NCBI RefSeq assembly: GCF_001194135.2
Contig: NC_068993.1
Span: 43,885,734 to 43,935,706 of the forward strand
Direction of reading: 5' to 3'
DNA length: 49,973 bases
DNA from: Octopus bimaculoides
Taxonomy: Eukaryota
Position numbers and translations under genes: made by a program. The notes under the pieces are model-generated. The model ran no database searches. It was not told the origin of the DNA and worked only from the letters and a program-made list of their open reading frames with translations. Positions 34,974 through 47,118 of this stretch are shown here, piece by piece. The stretch's first letter is position 1. Every line of letters begins with the position of its first letter.

Positions 34974-36944
34974 NNNNNNNNNNNNNNNNNNNNNNNNNNN
35001 NNNNNNNNNNNNNNNNNNNNNNNNNNNNNNNNNNNNNNNNNNNNNNNNNNNNNNNNNNNNNNNNNNNNNNNNNNNNNNNNNNNNNNNNNNNNNNNNNNNN
35101 NNNNNNNNNNNNNNNNNNNNNNNNNNNNNNNNNNNNNNNNNNNNNNNNNNNNNNNNNNNNNNNNNNNNNNNNNNNNNNNNNNNNNNNNNNNNNNNNNNNN
35201 NNNNNNNNNNNNNNNNNNNNNNNNNNNNNNNNNNNNNNNNNNNNNNNNNNNNNNNNNNNNNNNNNNNNNNNNNNNNNNNNNNNNNNNNNNNNNNNNNNNN
35301 NNNNNNNNNNNNNNNNNNNNNNNNNNNNNNNNNNNNNNNNNNNNNNNNNNNNNNNNNNNNNNNNNNNNNNNNNNNNNNNNNNNNNNNNNNNNNNNNNNNN
35401 NNNNNNNNNNNNNNNNNNNNNNNNNNNNNNNNNNNNNNNNNNNNNNNNNNNNNNNNNNNNNNNNNNNNNNNNNNNNNNNNNNNNNNNNNNNNNNNNNNNN
35501 NNNNNNNNNNNNNNNNNNNNNNNNNNNNNNNNNNNNNNNNNNNNNNNNNNNNNNNNNNNNNNNNNNNNNNNNNNNNNNNNNNNNNNNNNNNNNNNNNNNN
35601 NNNNNNNNNNNNNNNNNNNNNNNNNNNNNNNNNNNNNNNNNNNNNNNNNNNNNNNNNNNNNNNNNNNNNNNNNNNNNNNNNNNNNNNNNNNNNNNNNNNN
35701 NNNNNNNNNNNNNNNNNNNNNNNNNNNNNNNNNNNNNNNNNNNNNNNNNNNNNNNNNNNNNNNNNNNNNNNNNNNNNNNNNNNNNNNNNNNNNNNNNNNN
35801 NNNNNNNNNNNNNNNNNNNNNNNNNNNNNNNNNNNNNNNNNNNNNNNNNNNNNNNNNNNNNNNNNNNNNNATATATATATATATATGTATCTATATATAT
35901 ATATATATATATATATACATGCATAAATATACGTATGCATACACACACTCATATGCAAGCACGTACACAGATACATACACACATACAAACATATATAAAG
36001 ATACGTATGCATACATCGATTCCATCCATTAGTCAGATTCAGACTAAGAAGGAGAATACACGCAAAAGCTACTTTGAAACTATGCTGTGAAAGAGAACGG
36101 CAAAAATAAACAACCATGGTGATCAATCGGGTAAAATTGAAAGCGAAGAAGTGTGTTAGCGCTTAATTCAGCGTTTATTTTCCATACAAATGATTTTGTC
36201 TGCATTATTCCCCTCTGCCTTTATATTGCTTTTTCAAATCAGTGTATGTACAATCTCTGAATGTATAATGTGCAAGATGCATATACAATGTGTATGAGCA
36301 ATGTCAATATGAATATGCACCAATTTCTCCAGTTTTCCAGCAGAGACCTGAATAACTGTGTAACCGACGGAGTCAAATAGACCGAAATATCTTTAGCAGT
36401 ACCACTCACGTCTAAAGATCAAGCTACGTTTTCCCTCACTGCATAACTAGATTTTCAATTTTGCATTGTCACCCTTGCTTTCATTTTATTATTACACATT
36501 TTTCAATTATGTTTGGCTCTTCTCGGTGTAAGAATATTCTCGATAGATTAAAGCTATTTTTCTTGCTACATCCTGTTAGTATATACTGCACTGTTTGTGT
36601 TCTGAATAAGTCTTGCAAATATACTTTATAATGTGATTTTGGATCAAGTTAATATTAAAATGGGTCCTTTCCATACAATTCTCACATTTCATGGATTTCT
36701 TTTCTGCAAATTGAATATCTAGAGATAATATATCAGCCCACCAATCAACTATTTAAGTCGTTTAATTTTAACAACAGAAAGTATTGTTTTGTATTGAAAC
36801 AATATATTTTAAAAGAATTTTCTTGAGCCCTCGGACTCAGAAGGCAGGTCACCCGGTTTTCATTGCCTATAAGTGATCGAGATCACAATATTCCCCCTAA
36901 ATGGGACGTCGGTCTGTTACAGGATTCGAAGACAGCATTTATTT

Positions 36945-37130
36945 GAAGGGAGGGGACAAATTGATTATATCAACTCAAGTACTCGACTAGTATGTTATTT
37001 TATCAACACTAAAAGGATGAAAGGCAAAGTTGACCTCGGCGCGATTTAAACTCAGAACTTAAAGAACTGGAAGAAATGTCGCTAAGCATTTTGCACGACG
37101 TGCTAACGATCCTGGTAGATCACTGCCTTA
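36945..37130 (-). mobile_element. SINE family A
   Basis: aaaaggatgaaaggcaaagttgacctcggcgcgatttaaactcagaac...gctaagcattttgcacgacgtgctaacg. Confidence 0.88.
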
Positions 37131-37374
37131 TTGAAACAATATGCTTTGGCACAATTTTGGTTACAGGATCACGTGGTGCGTTCACTTTCCTCCTAAATTG
37201 AAGCAAAGTCAGTGTTAGTAACTTGCTAAAGACTTCTAGGCTCCGGTTGACTTCAGATAATGCTGAGAGAAGCGATAATGCAGTCAAACAACTAAAGGCG
37301 TTTTGAAAAATTTTGGAGACACACACACACACACACACACACATAGTGTGTGTGTGTGTGTGTGTGTGTTCGTT

Positions 37375-37565
37375 TGATTCACCACTTGACAACTGGTATT
37401 GGTTTGTTTACGTCACCGTAACATAGCGGTTCGGTAAAAAAGACAGATAGAATAAGGGAGAGGCTTAAAAAATAAGTACTGAGCTCGATTCGTCTGCCTA
37501 GAGTTCTTCAAGGGAATGCTGCAGCATGACCCAGCCTAATGACTGAAAGAGGCAAAAGATTAAAG
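37375..37565 (+). mobile_element. SINE-B 3' half
   Basis: ggtttgtttacgtcaccgtaacatagcggttcgg...aagtactgagctcgattc...cagcatgacc...aatgactgaaa. Confidence 0.75.
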
Positions 37566-37580
37566 GTATTTGAATGTCTG

Positions 37581-37584
<4 letters not shown>

Positions 37585-37653
<69 letters not shown>

Positions 37654-37865
37654 ACACACATGTGCATATGTATATATACCTATAATATTATTTAACTCCC
37701 TATCAAATTTATTGAGTGATATTTGCCTTCGTTTGTCCTTTCACTCATATATGTATGTATGCATGTATGTATGTATGTATGTATGTATGCATGTATGTAT
37801 GCATGTATGTATGTATGTATGCATGTATGCATGTATGCATGTATGTATGTACGTATGTATGTATG
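37585..37865. repeat. (CA)n and (TATG/CATG)n microsatellites
   Basis: Direct reading. Confidence 0.9.
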
Positions 37866-38249
37866 TGTTTGCGTGTATGCATTTATAAATACATCTAGAT
37901 ATCCAAATATGTTTCGTGATTATCGTTAACGGTGATAAATGATCGAATTTAATTTAAAAATGTCAAGAATGATTCTTATATAATTACTGAAATGTATTTT
38001 AGCAATTTAATATTTATTGTGAGACGTTAAAGACAACTATGCCATCACGAATGTTTTTATAATTTATTTGTTAACAAAAATCCTTTCGTGACGTCTTGTA
38101 TTACTATAAAACCGAAATATTTAATAAATGGCCGATCATTTTTGATTAGAAACTTGATAAGAAAATTTAAGAATATTTATAGTCAATATTGATTTTTAAT
38201 ATTGTCACAAAGCCTCAAATTGTGGAGGATGGAACGGCTGAAGAGGAAA

Positions 38250-38756
38250 GGTTGATAAAAAAAGAAAACTTGATATCAGTTTATGCGCCTATCCTCAACT
38301 ATGGTTATGAGTGTTGGATAATGACCGAAGTAAGTACCATCACGAATTCAAGCGGCCGAAATGGAGTTCCTTAGAATGACCTTTGAAGTAAATTCATTCG
38401 ACAGAGTGCATAGCTCAGAGATTAAGGACGTTCTTCAGGTGGAGGCGTTACTTCCTGCATTGAGAAGTCACAGTTGCGGTATTATATACATGTGGCTAAA
38501 ATATCATAGGGAAGAATCACTAGTCAGATTCTTCAAGCTGAGCCAACTAGCAGAAGACCTAGGAGAAGATTAAGAAGGAGATGGTTGAATAATATCCATA
38601 TTCTCAGTTAATCACGCTTGGTAATCCAGCCAGAAAGTGAAATGAAGGATGCTTCTAACTGGACTCTATGTAAGAGGTCCGTAAGGATTCTACCTCAACA
38701 ATCCCTTCAGGAATAGTTGGCAGAGAAAATGGATAGATAGATAGATGGATAGATAG
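38250..38756 (+). mobile_element. RTE-clade LINE 3' fragment with (GATA)-like tail
   Basis: SVYAPILNYGYECWIMT, RIQAAEMEFLR, DRVHSSEI, IEKSQLRY, RRPRRRLRRRWLNNI (post-RT region typical of RTE); frameshifted. Confidence 0.82.
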
Positions 38757-40449
38757 TTGGATTTATTTTATCGACAGAAGAAAGATAAAAAATTAACAGC
38801 CTCAGCCAGATTTGATGACAGGACATAAATTCTGCAAAGCAGGGAATTAAATTTGATACGGTAACGCCCCTACTGAGCTACGATTATCATTGCAGATGTT
38901 AATTTTATAAAACTGAAGTAGCAGAGTTAGGAGAACATAGGATTCAGTGAGTTGCAGTATTTGCTGATGTTTAGCCCCAGGTATTGTGTAATCGAATAAA
39001 CAACCCGGAGCAAATACATTCCTAATATGATTACCCTGCAGTACACGAAGGACTACGTTATCAAATGTTTCTTTCCCTTTTTAAAGATGGACGACTGTGA
39101 TTAGGGAAAGATTTGTTTATAGCAGGTCTAGTGACTCCGTTGAGACACTCTTTTGACTAGTTTTCTTGTATTTAGTAATTTTTTAACGCTTCGTCAGGAC
39201 AGAAGGGCAACACTTATGTCCCGATAAAAGGCCTCAGACATTGATGGGAGGGAAGGAAGAAGGGAGGGAAGAAGGTAGGAAGGGAAGAGAAAAATCGACG
39301 GACGGAGAAAGGGAAAAAGAGGTCCTTAAATCGGAGACCTCAACCGAATGCTTGCAACAAAATGACTTTCGCTAAATGCACCCGAGGATAAGGCGGTGGT
39401 GTTAAACTGAGTGACGTATTAAGTCTACCACTCGAGTAAGTCACCGTGGGATTCGAACTTGAAGAGTAAAGAGTTCGAACAAATGCTGCAAGTTCTTCCA
39501 TTCGATGCTCTAATGGTTTCACCAGTCCCCAGTGTTTATTCAGTTGTGATTTGGTCTTCGTCATTATAACGAACATGCTATCGGAACATAATTTACATTG
39601 CTTTCAAAATGTCTCCTGCTAAGAGAAATATCAGTAGGAATATTTCATATATTTGTATATGTTACTGCTTATTCAAAACAGCACAATCAGATATGACCAG
39701 TATTTCTTGGCGGTTATTTTGTCTTTCGAGTTTCTGTGTTCGTATAAACTGACTGACAAACCTTCACTCCTAAAACATTATGTAGAATGAATTAATACCA
39801 AGCGTATACTCTTAAAGTGATAGCTGATATGGGGTTTGTATTTGTAGAATTATCAGAACATTGGACAAAACGGTTTGCTGTATTTAGTTGCAGCCTTTTT
39901 ACGTTTCTGATATTTGTAAAATAAATACAAGTCGAGTATGCAGGGGCTGATATAATTGATTGTTTATCACATCTAAAATGAAAAAAAAAAATCAATAAAA
40001 CTTATTTATTATTAATGGATACCGCTAATAGCCGAATTATTTGGCAATTTATTCGATTGATCCGCCATAATGCATGGAATAATTAAGTAGCAGTAACGGT
40101 CATTAACACAGACAAATTTTATGGCGTTCAGTGATGGTCAGTGTCAACAAATAGTGAATATAAACAGAGGAAGAAATTGCCTTGTTGTTTGTAAAGAGAT
40201 GTTTAAAACAGTACCCTTTACCAGAGAAAATCCGAAATAGACTTTTCTTCAACAGTAACAGATATATTCGTACTTTTGAGCGAATTATATTCATTTTTTT
40301 CATTATGAAGTGTGTGCCATATTGTAAGGCAAAGAAAAAGATGATTTTGTCTTAAAGATACATGGAAGACGTTCCAGAGAGTAGAGAAGTCCGCAAACAA
40401 TTGCTGTGATCTATTCCAATCCAATCAAAGCTCAGTTAATAATATTGAT

Positions 40450-40830
40450 AATAATTGTTTCAAATTTTGACACAAGGTCATCAGCTTTTGGAGTGGAGAG
40501 AGAAGTTAATTCGATTACATTGACTCCAATTCTCAAATGATACTTATTTCATCGAGTCCAAAAGGATGGAAGGCAAAGTCGACCTCGGCGGAATTTGAAC
40601 TCAGAGCGTAAACAGCAAAAAAAAAAAAAAAAAAAAAATGTCGGCGAGCATTTTGTTCGACGTGTCAACGATTCTTCCAGTTTACCACCTTAATAATAAT
40701 AATTCTTTCTACTACAAGCAAAAAGCTTGAAATTTTTTGAGAGGAAGCTAGTTGATTATAGCGACCCCAGTAATCGTTTGACAACTTATTTTATTAACCC
40801 CTGAAAGGATGAAAGGCACAGTCACCGAGC
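40450..40830 (-). mobile_element. Two tandem SINE-A copies (second truncated)
   Basis: Cores at ~40540-40610 and ~40785-40820, joined by ccttaataataataattctttc. Confidence 0.85.
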
Positions 40831-41285
40831 GTGACTTTGTCTTTATACTTCACTATACTCTGTGAATGTTAGAAATTATTTCAATGACGTAATGCGATCG
40901 GTTTATTCGTGATTGGTTTATCAGGGCATGTAACGATATATCCACAATAATCTTTAGCTCTACAGTTTCGGTTACTTATTGCACCATTTAATTCATAAAT
41001 AGAACATTTGAGTCCTAGGTAAGAAAGTAAGGAACATATTTCTGATAGATAAAGTGATGGTGATGGCAGTGATGATGATGTTGATGATGATGATGTTTAG
41101 CCTCTGGACAATTCTGGCTAAGCAGACCCGTGATCAGAAGCATTCCAGCCGTGGCCATTTCATATTATATGATGTGTCCCTTTACTTTATGTAGTTCGAT
41201 GTAATCTGAGCGATCTGAGGGGGTCGAATGATCACATGGAGACTTCCAGATATACCTCGTATATGTCGTGCATGTTTAAAAATAT

Positions 41286-41341
<56 letters not shown>

Positions 41342-41753
41342 AATATAAGCTTTTGCGGTCAATATAACCGACTACTCACTCCATAAATTTCAAGTCTTGT
41401 CCCTATAGAAGAAAGGAATATTTCATATACGATTTTTATTTCCCGATCCTTACTATCATATCCCCTTAGAGTTTCACAATTGTTTACAGTTCTGTGTGAA
41501 TATATCAAGAATGAAGTATCGTCTCTGGTTGGAACCTCCAGGTTTCCTGTCCTGAAATTGCCTGGCTAAGAGTTCATACGGTTTCAGGAACAATACCGGA
41601 CACCTTGTAACTATGTTATGGTACCAACCAGCATGTTACAGAGGGTGTTTAAAAACTCAAAGGTGCATAAAACGGCAGACCCCCACAAATGTGTCCTCGA
41701 CTTTGTTTTCTGATAACTTCCAGAAAATGGGCATATTTTTAATGAAATTTTCC

Positions 41754-41995
41754 ACAAATACCTCTCAGGTGGTGTAGATTACGATTATATCGGAATTCAA
41801 TGTGAAAAAAAGAAAAAGAAAAATTCGCGTACGTGCACACGTATATACTGACACACATAAAATATTCACATAAGGAAATTTGAATTTTTGAAAAAAATTG
41901 TGATGTGTGTCAGTATATATGTGTGTGCGCCACTTCTATATTTTTACATTAAATTCTAATATCGTCGTAACGTACACTATCTGAGAGTTATTTGT
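41754..41995. repeat. Palindromic MITE-like fold-back
   Basis: Outer arms 41754-41808 and ~41941-41995 (ctctcaggtggtgtagattacgat versus atcgtcgtaacgtacactatctgagag). Inner arms tatatactgacacacat (41842-41858) and atgtgtgtcagtatata (41903-41919). Confidence 0.8.
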
Positions 41996-42171
41996 TGAGT
42001 GTCTCCTTACAAGATATCCATTCTTTTCTGACAGCTATGAGGAAACAATTATGTGGAGGGTACATAATTATATACACTGTTAGTTTATCCTGATGTGTCA
42101 CAGCAAACAACAATTCGGTTCTTGAAAAAAACAAATTGGCAACTTTCAGAAATAAGTAAATTAGCATGTTC

Positions 42172-42390
42172 TTAGGTGGTGAACTGGCAGAATCGTTAGC
42201 GCGCCGAACAAAATGCTTAGCAACATTTCGTCTGTCTCTATGTTCTGAGTTAAAATTCCGCCGAGGTTTGATTTTGACTGTCATCCTTTCGGGGTCCATA
42301 AAATAAGTATCAGTTGAGCAGTAGAGTCGATGTAATCGACTTACTCCCTGCCCCAAACTTACTGGCCTTGTGCCAAAATTTGAAATAATA
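42172..42390 (+). mobile_element. SINE family A, full length
   Basis: ttaggtggtgaactggcagaatcgttagc...gttctgagttaaaattccgccgagg...ggccttgtgccaaaatttgaaa. Confidence 0.9.
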
Positions 42391-43114
42391 TATCAGTTTG
42401 TCGTATGGTGAGTCACGTATTGCAAGCAGCTTTCAAGTTTCTTGTCAACGGTGTATTACATATTCTGAAAGATATTGGCTTAGAATTTACAGTACGATCT
42501 ATAATGTATCTTCTGAAAAGTACCTTCTAGAAAGTATATTCTAAACAGAATAGTCTAAAGAGTTACTACAAATGTTATTACATTTTCTAAACAACCAGCT
42601 CTAAAGAATTACTTGAATTACTGAATAATATTGCCTGAACAATCAACTCTGAAAAGTTTATTGTCGATGGAATGAAAACAACAAATAATCAACGTCATCT
42701 TTGGCAAAATCTCATTTGATTAACTGTCTGTGTGATCTAAATCAGAAATCATTTTGATGTTAATTAACAAGAGACTTCAAGGAGGCTTTGAACACACATA
42801 GACATACGTGCGCGCGTACACGCACACACACGCGCTCGCACACACACACGCACTTACACACACACGCACTTACACACACACATATACACAAGACCTTTCT
42901 CATCCTAAATTCAACGACAGCGATATCTATAACAACAAAATAAAAGATCAACAATAAGATATATATCTAACATTAACACATGACTTCTCAGTAGGCGACA
43001 TATTAGCTCGATCGGCTCTAAGATTTAACTTTCCATTATTCTTATCGATCTCAGAAGAATGTAAAGTCAATCTCGGAGGTATTCGGTCGAAGAAAGTGGG
43101 ATGACAAAATATCA

Positions 43115-43224
43115 TTCTTCTTCTTCTTCTTCTTCTTCTTCTTCTTCTTCTTCTTCTTCTTCTTCTTCTTCTTCTTCTTCTTCTTCTTCTTCTTCTTCTT
43201 CTTCTTCTTCTTCTTCTTCTTCTT
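43115..43224. repeat. (TTC)n microsatellite running into a gap
   Basis: Direct reading. Confidence 0.98.
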
Positions 43225-43489
43225 NNNNNNNNNNNNNNNNNNNNNNNNNNNNNNNNNNNNNNNNNNNNNNNNNNNNNNNNNNNNNNNNNNNNNNNNNNNN
43301 NNNNNNNNNNNNNNNNNNNNNNNNNNNNNNNNNNNNNNNNNNNNNNNNNNNNNNNNNNNNNNNNNNNNNNNNNNNNNNNNNNNNNNNNNNNNNNNNNNNN
43401 NNNNNNNNNNNNNNNNNNNNNNNNNNNNNNNNNNNNNNNNNNAAGACAATGTTTTATGGTGTGTTTATTTACTTCTGCCATGTTCTTGA

Positions 43490-43531
<42 letters not shown>

Positions 43532-44289
43532 TTTATGGTAACGTTAGGGGTATGAAAATAAAGTTCCTATTTCATTATACCGGCTACCGTCTAATGGTAC
43601 TGACGAGTGAGTCAGTTTTTCGGGGTTGCATCGTGGTTATACCGATATAATGTAGGATGAATATAAGAACAATAATTCTAGGATGGTGTTTATAAATATT
43701 TAATACATCGCTACGCTCGTTTCCACAAATCACATGATTTTGATATCAGAATCGGTATTCTTGGGATTAGTACAGTATAGTCCGTATTATCCGTGAGTAC
43801 CCGGTTGATCATCTTCATTGATTCATTTCATCAGGCGGTACTGCATTGTTGGATGAATCACAGAGGGATGTTTATCCCTTTTTGCCAGTATGAAGGCCAA
43901 TCTAGCTATGTGGGTATTTTTGTATGTACTTGGTAGGGGAAAGGTAAGTGATGGGACTAGAGGAAAGAATGGTAGTAATATGGAGATGGTGGTGTGTGTA
44001 GTGGTGTTGGATTTATTTGCTATTCATTCTGCAGATTTTAAGGATGGTCATTCATTCAGCAGATTTAATGATGGTAGTACATCTCTTTGTTCTATTTCAT
44101 TCAAGACCTACTCTCCTCAATAAATTCTGAACCTAACAGTTGGTCAGCTGCTATATAGTGGGGTTTGTTGATCAAATTGATTAATACCACCCCTCTTATG
44201 GTGACATTTTTTACTATTTCCATTGTAGTGTGTATCATCTTAAACATTGGTATTTTCATTTATTTGTTTGGGTTCCTTCACTATTCTAT

Positions 44290-45780
44290 AATTTGTTACT
44301 TCTTTTCAACATTTTTTTTGTTCCTATGCTTACACGTTATGACCATCTCAGAGTGTCTATTTATCACGTTTTCCCTGGATGTTATTATTTCCTGGGTTTC
44401 TTCAATGCATATGTTGCATACTCGTGAGGTCCCGTTATATAGTGCAGCATTTTTTATAATGGACTAGTGGGTTGTGTATTCTACTCCATTCTGTTTTAGC
44501 CTCTAGACGAGGTTCGACTGAGATGTTGAGTGTTTTTTTTATTATTTATATTGGAAAACAATGAGCGATAGTTTCTCAGACGATTTTTCATGGTGTCAGT
44601 GGCACTACCAATGTACACATATTTCTGCGTATTTGCTTTCACCTCACATTTTTTACACTACATTTCGTATCATGCAGTTGTTGCCGAATCTGCATTCGTC
44701 TTTACGTCTGAAGTTACACATGATACTATTTTTCCCCTTTTTCTTCCGTTGATTTACTATTGGTGGTCTTCTTTCTTCTTCCGCTTGTAATCGTGCACTC
44801 ATTTTTCTTATGTATGTATTGAACTTCTAATTGTGTGATGTTATTTGGGTCTGTTTTGCTATTGGTGAGTTTTTACTACCACTATTTTCCACCATTCAAT
44901 CATTGTATGCAATACTGTTAGCCGTGGTTGGTTCAGATATCTCTTCTATTTCATTTTGTGTTATTTAGTTTGTGTATGCGGTACTCTAGATTGTCATGTA
45001 TGCTAATTTTACATTGTGTCTATGATTTTGTGATATTTGGAAGATTTTGGGAAATGTCTATCTAATGCTGCGAAAAATTCTTGGCCTATTTTCGATTTTA
45101 CTAGTGAATTAAAGATCAGATTAAACCAGATAATTTCGTCGGTTATTTTCCTATTTCTTTTAATATATCTATTATGTTCGACCGTGTGTTTCATTGGTTT
45201 GTTGTCATTATTACTATCGGTATTTAACGGTGCGATTCTTTCTAACTTTGGCTGTAGTTTCATGGGTTCTGTTTTATATCTATCTCTATTATTGTCATAT
45301 TTTTTATTTTCCCTTTTGGTCCCTATTATATTTACTATTTTTCTAGGGTTTTGTATTCTGCGGCTATTTATATGATTATTACCACTATTGATAATGCCCT
45401 CTGGGTATTTGGCCTTCTCCGTTCTATTCCGCATATATGCTATTTTATCCCTGTATCCTGCTCTAGCCAATGCTGAGTTGTAATATTCGGCATCCAGATC
45501 GAATGTCTGTTTATCCGTTGATAGCCTAGATATTCCATTACTCACGTTTCTTGGGATGCACCACTGTATATGTTCCGGGTGATTGGATCCTCGGCTCACA
45601 TATTTCAAGTTCTCATTTGGCTTATGGAATAGTTCGAATTTCTTATCAATGAGGCTAAGTTTTACGTCTAGGAATTTTACCACTTTGTAATTTTTTTCCA
45701 TTTCAATTTCTAATCCAAAGTTCTTAAAAGATTCAAAGAGTTTTTTTCTTGCACCTTTCTATTTCTACTTTGCTACTTTT
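44290..45780 (-). mobile_element. Penelope-like element (Neptune-type): RT C-terminus/thumb plus GIY-YIG, 5'-truncated, decayed
   Basis: ORF 45009-45701: VKFLDVKL...FHKPN...YVSRGSNHP...RLS...AGY...IIWFN...VKSKIGQEF...HFP. Downstream, frameshifted: CNFRRKDECRF...YVYIGSAT..MKNR...NAALYN...CNICIEE...INRHSE..TCKH (stop ~44296). Confidence 0.9.
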
Positions 45781-45807
45781 GTGTATAGTGAACAGTATAT
45801 AAATTAT

Positions 45808-46556
45808 TAAGGTGGCTATTTGCAATTTACAACCGAAAGGCAACAAGTATAGACGTCACTAAAGTGACGGAGGCTGCTAGTCAGCACCAGCATTGCTAGA
45901 AATAAGAGTCAAAACAATTCTTAGCCACTTCAGAGCACTTTTCTAACGATTGACAAGGGAGACAAGCTCTCTACGGTAAGCGAGATGGAGTCATATCAAC
46001 GCTGATTTCAGATTCGATTAATCTTAATCAGTTATCCATTACTCCGTCGCCGAGGGCTAAAAGCTCAACTCACCTTGTCGGTCTTATAGAGAACATCATA
46101 GGAAACATTGACTGATTCCGAAAATGGTGAAGTGAGAATTATAAATGTTTGAAGGAGAACTCTGATCCCTCAATTAAATTGATGCATATTCCGCAGTTGG
46201 GTCTACCGTATTTTTTTACTGACGGCTTCGGTGTTTTTGATGAGGGTATTCGGGCTTGTGTAAGGAGACTTTTCATAGATTTGGGCTGTCTCTTGCTTTT
46301 TATAATGGTGTGTGTTTGGAGGATTAAGTTCATTCTGTGGTCCTTTTTTTTTTTTAGAAGGGGAATATTTTGAAGTATGGTGTCGAAGGCTTCGTTGTTA
46401 AGAGGGTTGTATGTGGAAATAAGGTGGCTCTTTGCAATTTATAACCGAAAGGCAACAAGTATAATCGTCACTAAGTGACGGAGGGTGCTAGTCAGCACCA
46501 ACCTTGTTAGAAATAAGAGTCAAAACAGCTCTTAGCCACGCAAGAGTACTTTTCTA
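45808..46556 (-). mobile_element. Second, short PLE with pseudo-LTR direct repeats (45808-45945 and 46420-46556) around an internally deleted ORF fragment
   Basis: ~138-bp direct repeats align closely by eye. Between them on the minus strand: ISTYNPLNNEAFDTILQNIPL...IIKSKRQPKSMKSLLTQAR...RPNCGICINLIEG (pre-GIY-YIG region of PLEs). Confidence 0.8.
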
Positions 46557-46679
46557 TATATATATGTATAAAAGATACACATTCGAACAGAAATAGTCCG
46601 TAATCAAACATAAATCACTTGGAGCAGAAATACATAAAACATTATTACCTCTTTTTTGTTACTGTTCTTGTTGCTATTG

Positions 46680-46909
46680 TTACTCTTTTACTCTTTTACT
46701 CTTTTACTTGTTTCAGTCATGTGACTGTGGCTATGCTGGAGCACTGCCTTTAGTCGAGCAAGTGGACCCCAGGACTTATTTTTTGTAAGCCTAGTACTTA
46801 TTCTATCGGTCTCTTTTGCCGAACCGCTAAGTTACGGAGACGTAAACAGAATAGCATCGGATGTCAAGCGATATTGGGGGGACAAATACAGACGCACAAA
46901 CATATACAT

Positions 46910-46952
<43 letters not shown>

Positions 46953-47118
46953 TACGACGGGCTTCTTTCAGTTTCAGTCTACCAAATCCACACACAAAGC
47001 TTTGGTCGGCCCGAGGCTATAGTAGAAGACGCTTGCCCAAGGTGCCACGCAGTGGGACTGAACCCGGAACCACGTGGTTGGTAAGCAAGCTACTTACCAC
47101 ACAGCCACTCCTGCGCCT
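46680..47118 (-). mobile_element. SINE family B, full length, low divergence
   Basis: Minus-strand head aggcgcaggagtggctgtgtggtaagtagcttgct...ccgggttcagtcccactgcgtggcaccttgggcaag; internal (TA/CA)n; tail (gtaaaaga)n. Confidence 0.92.
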
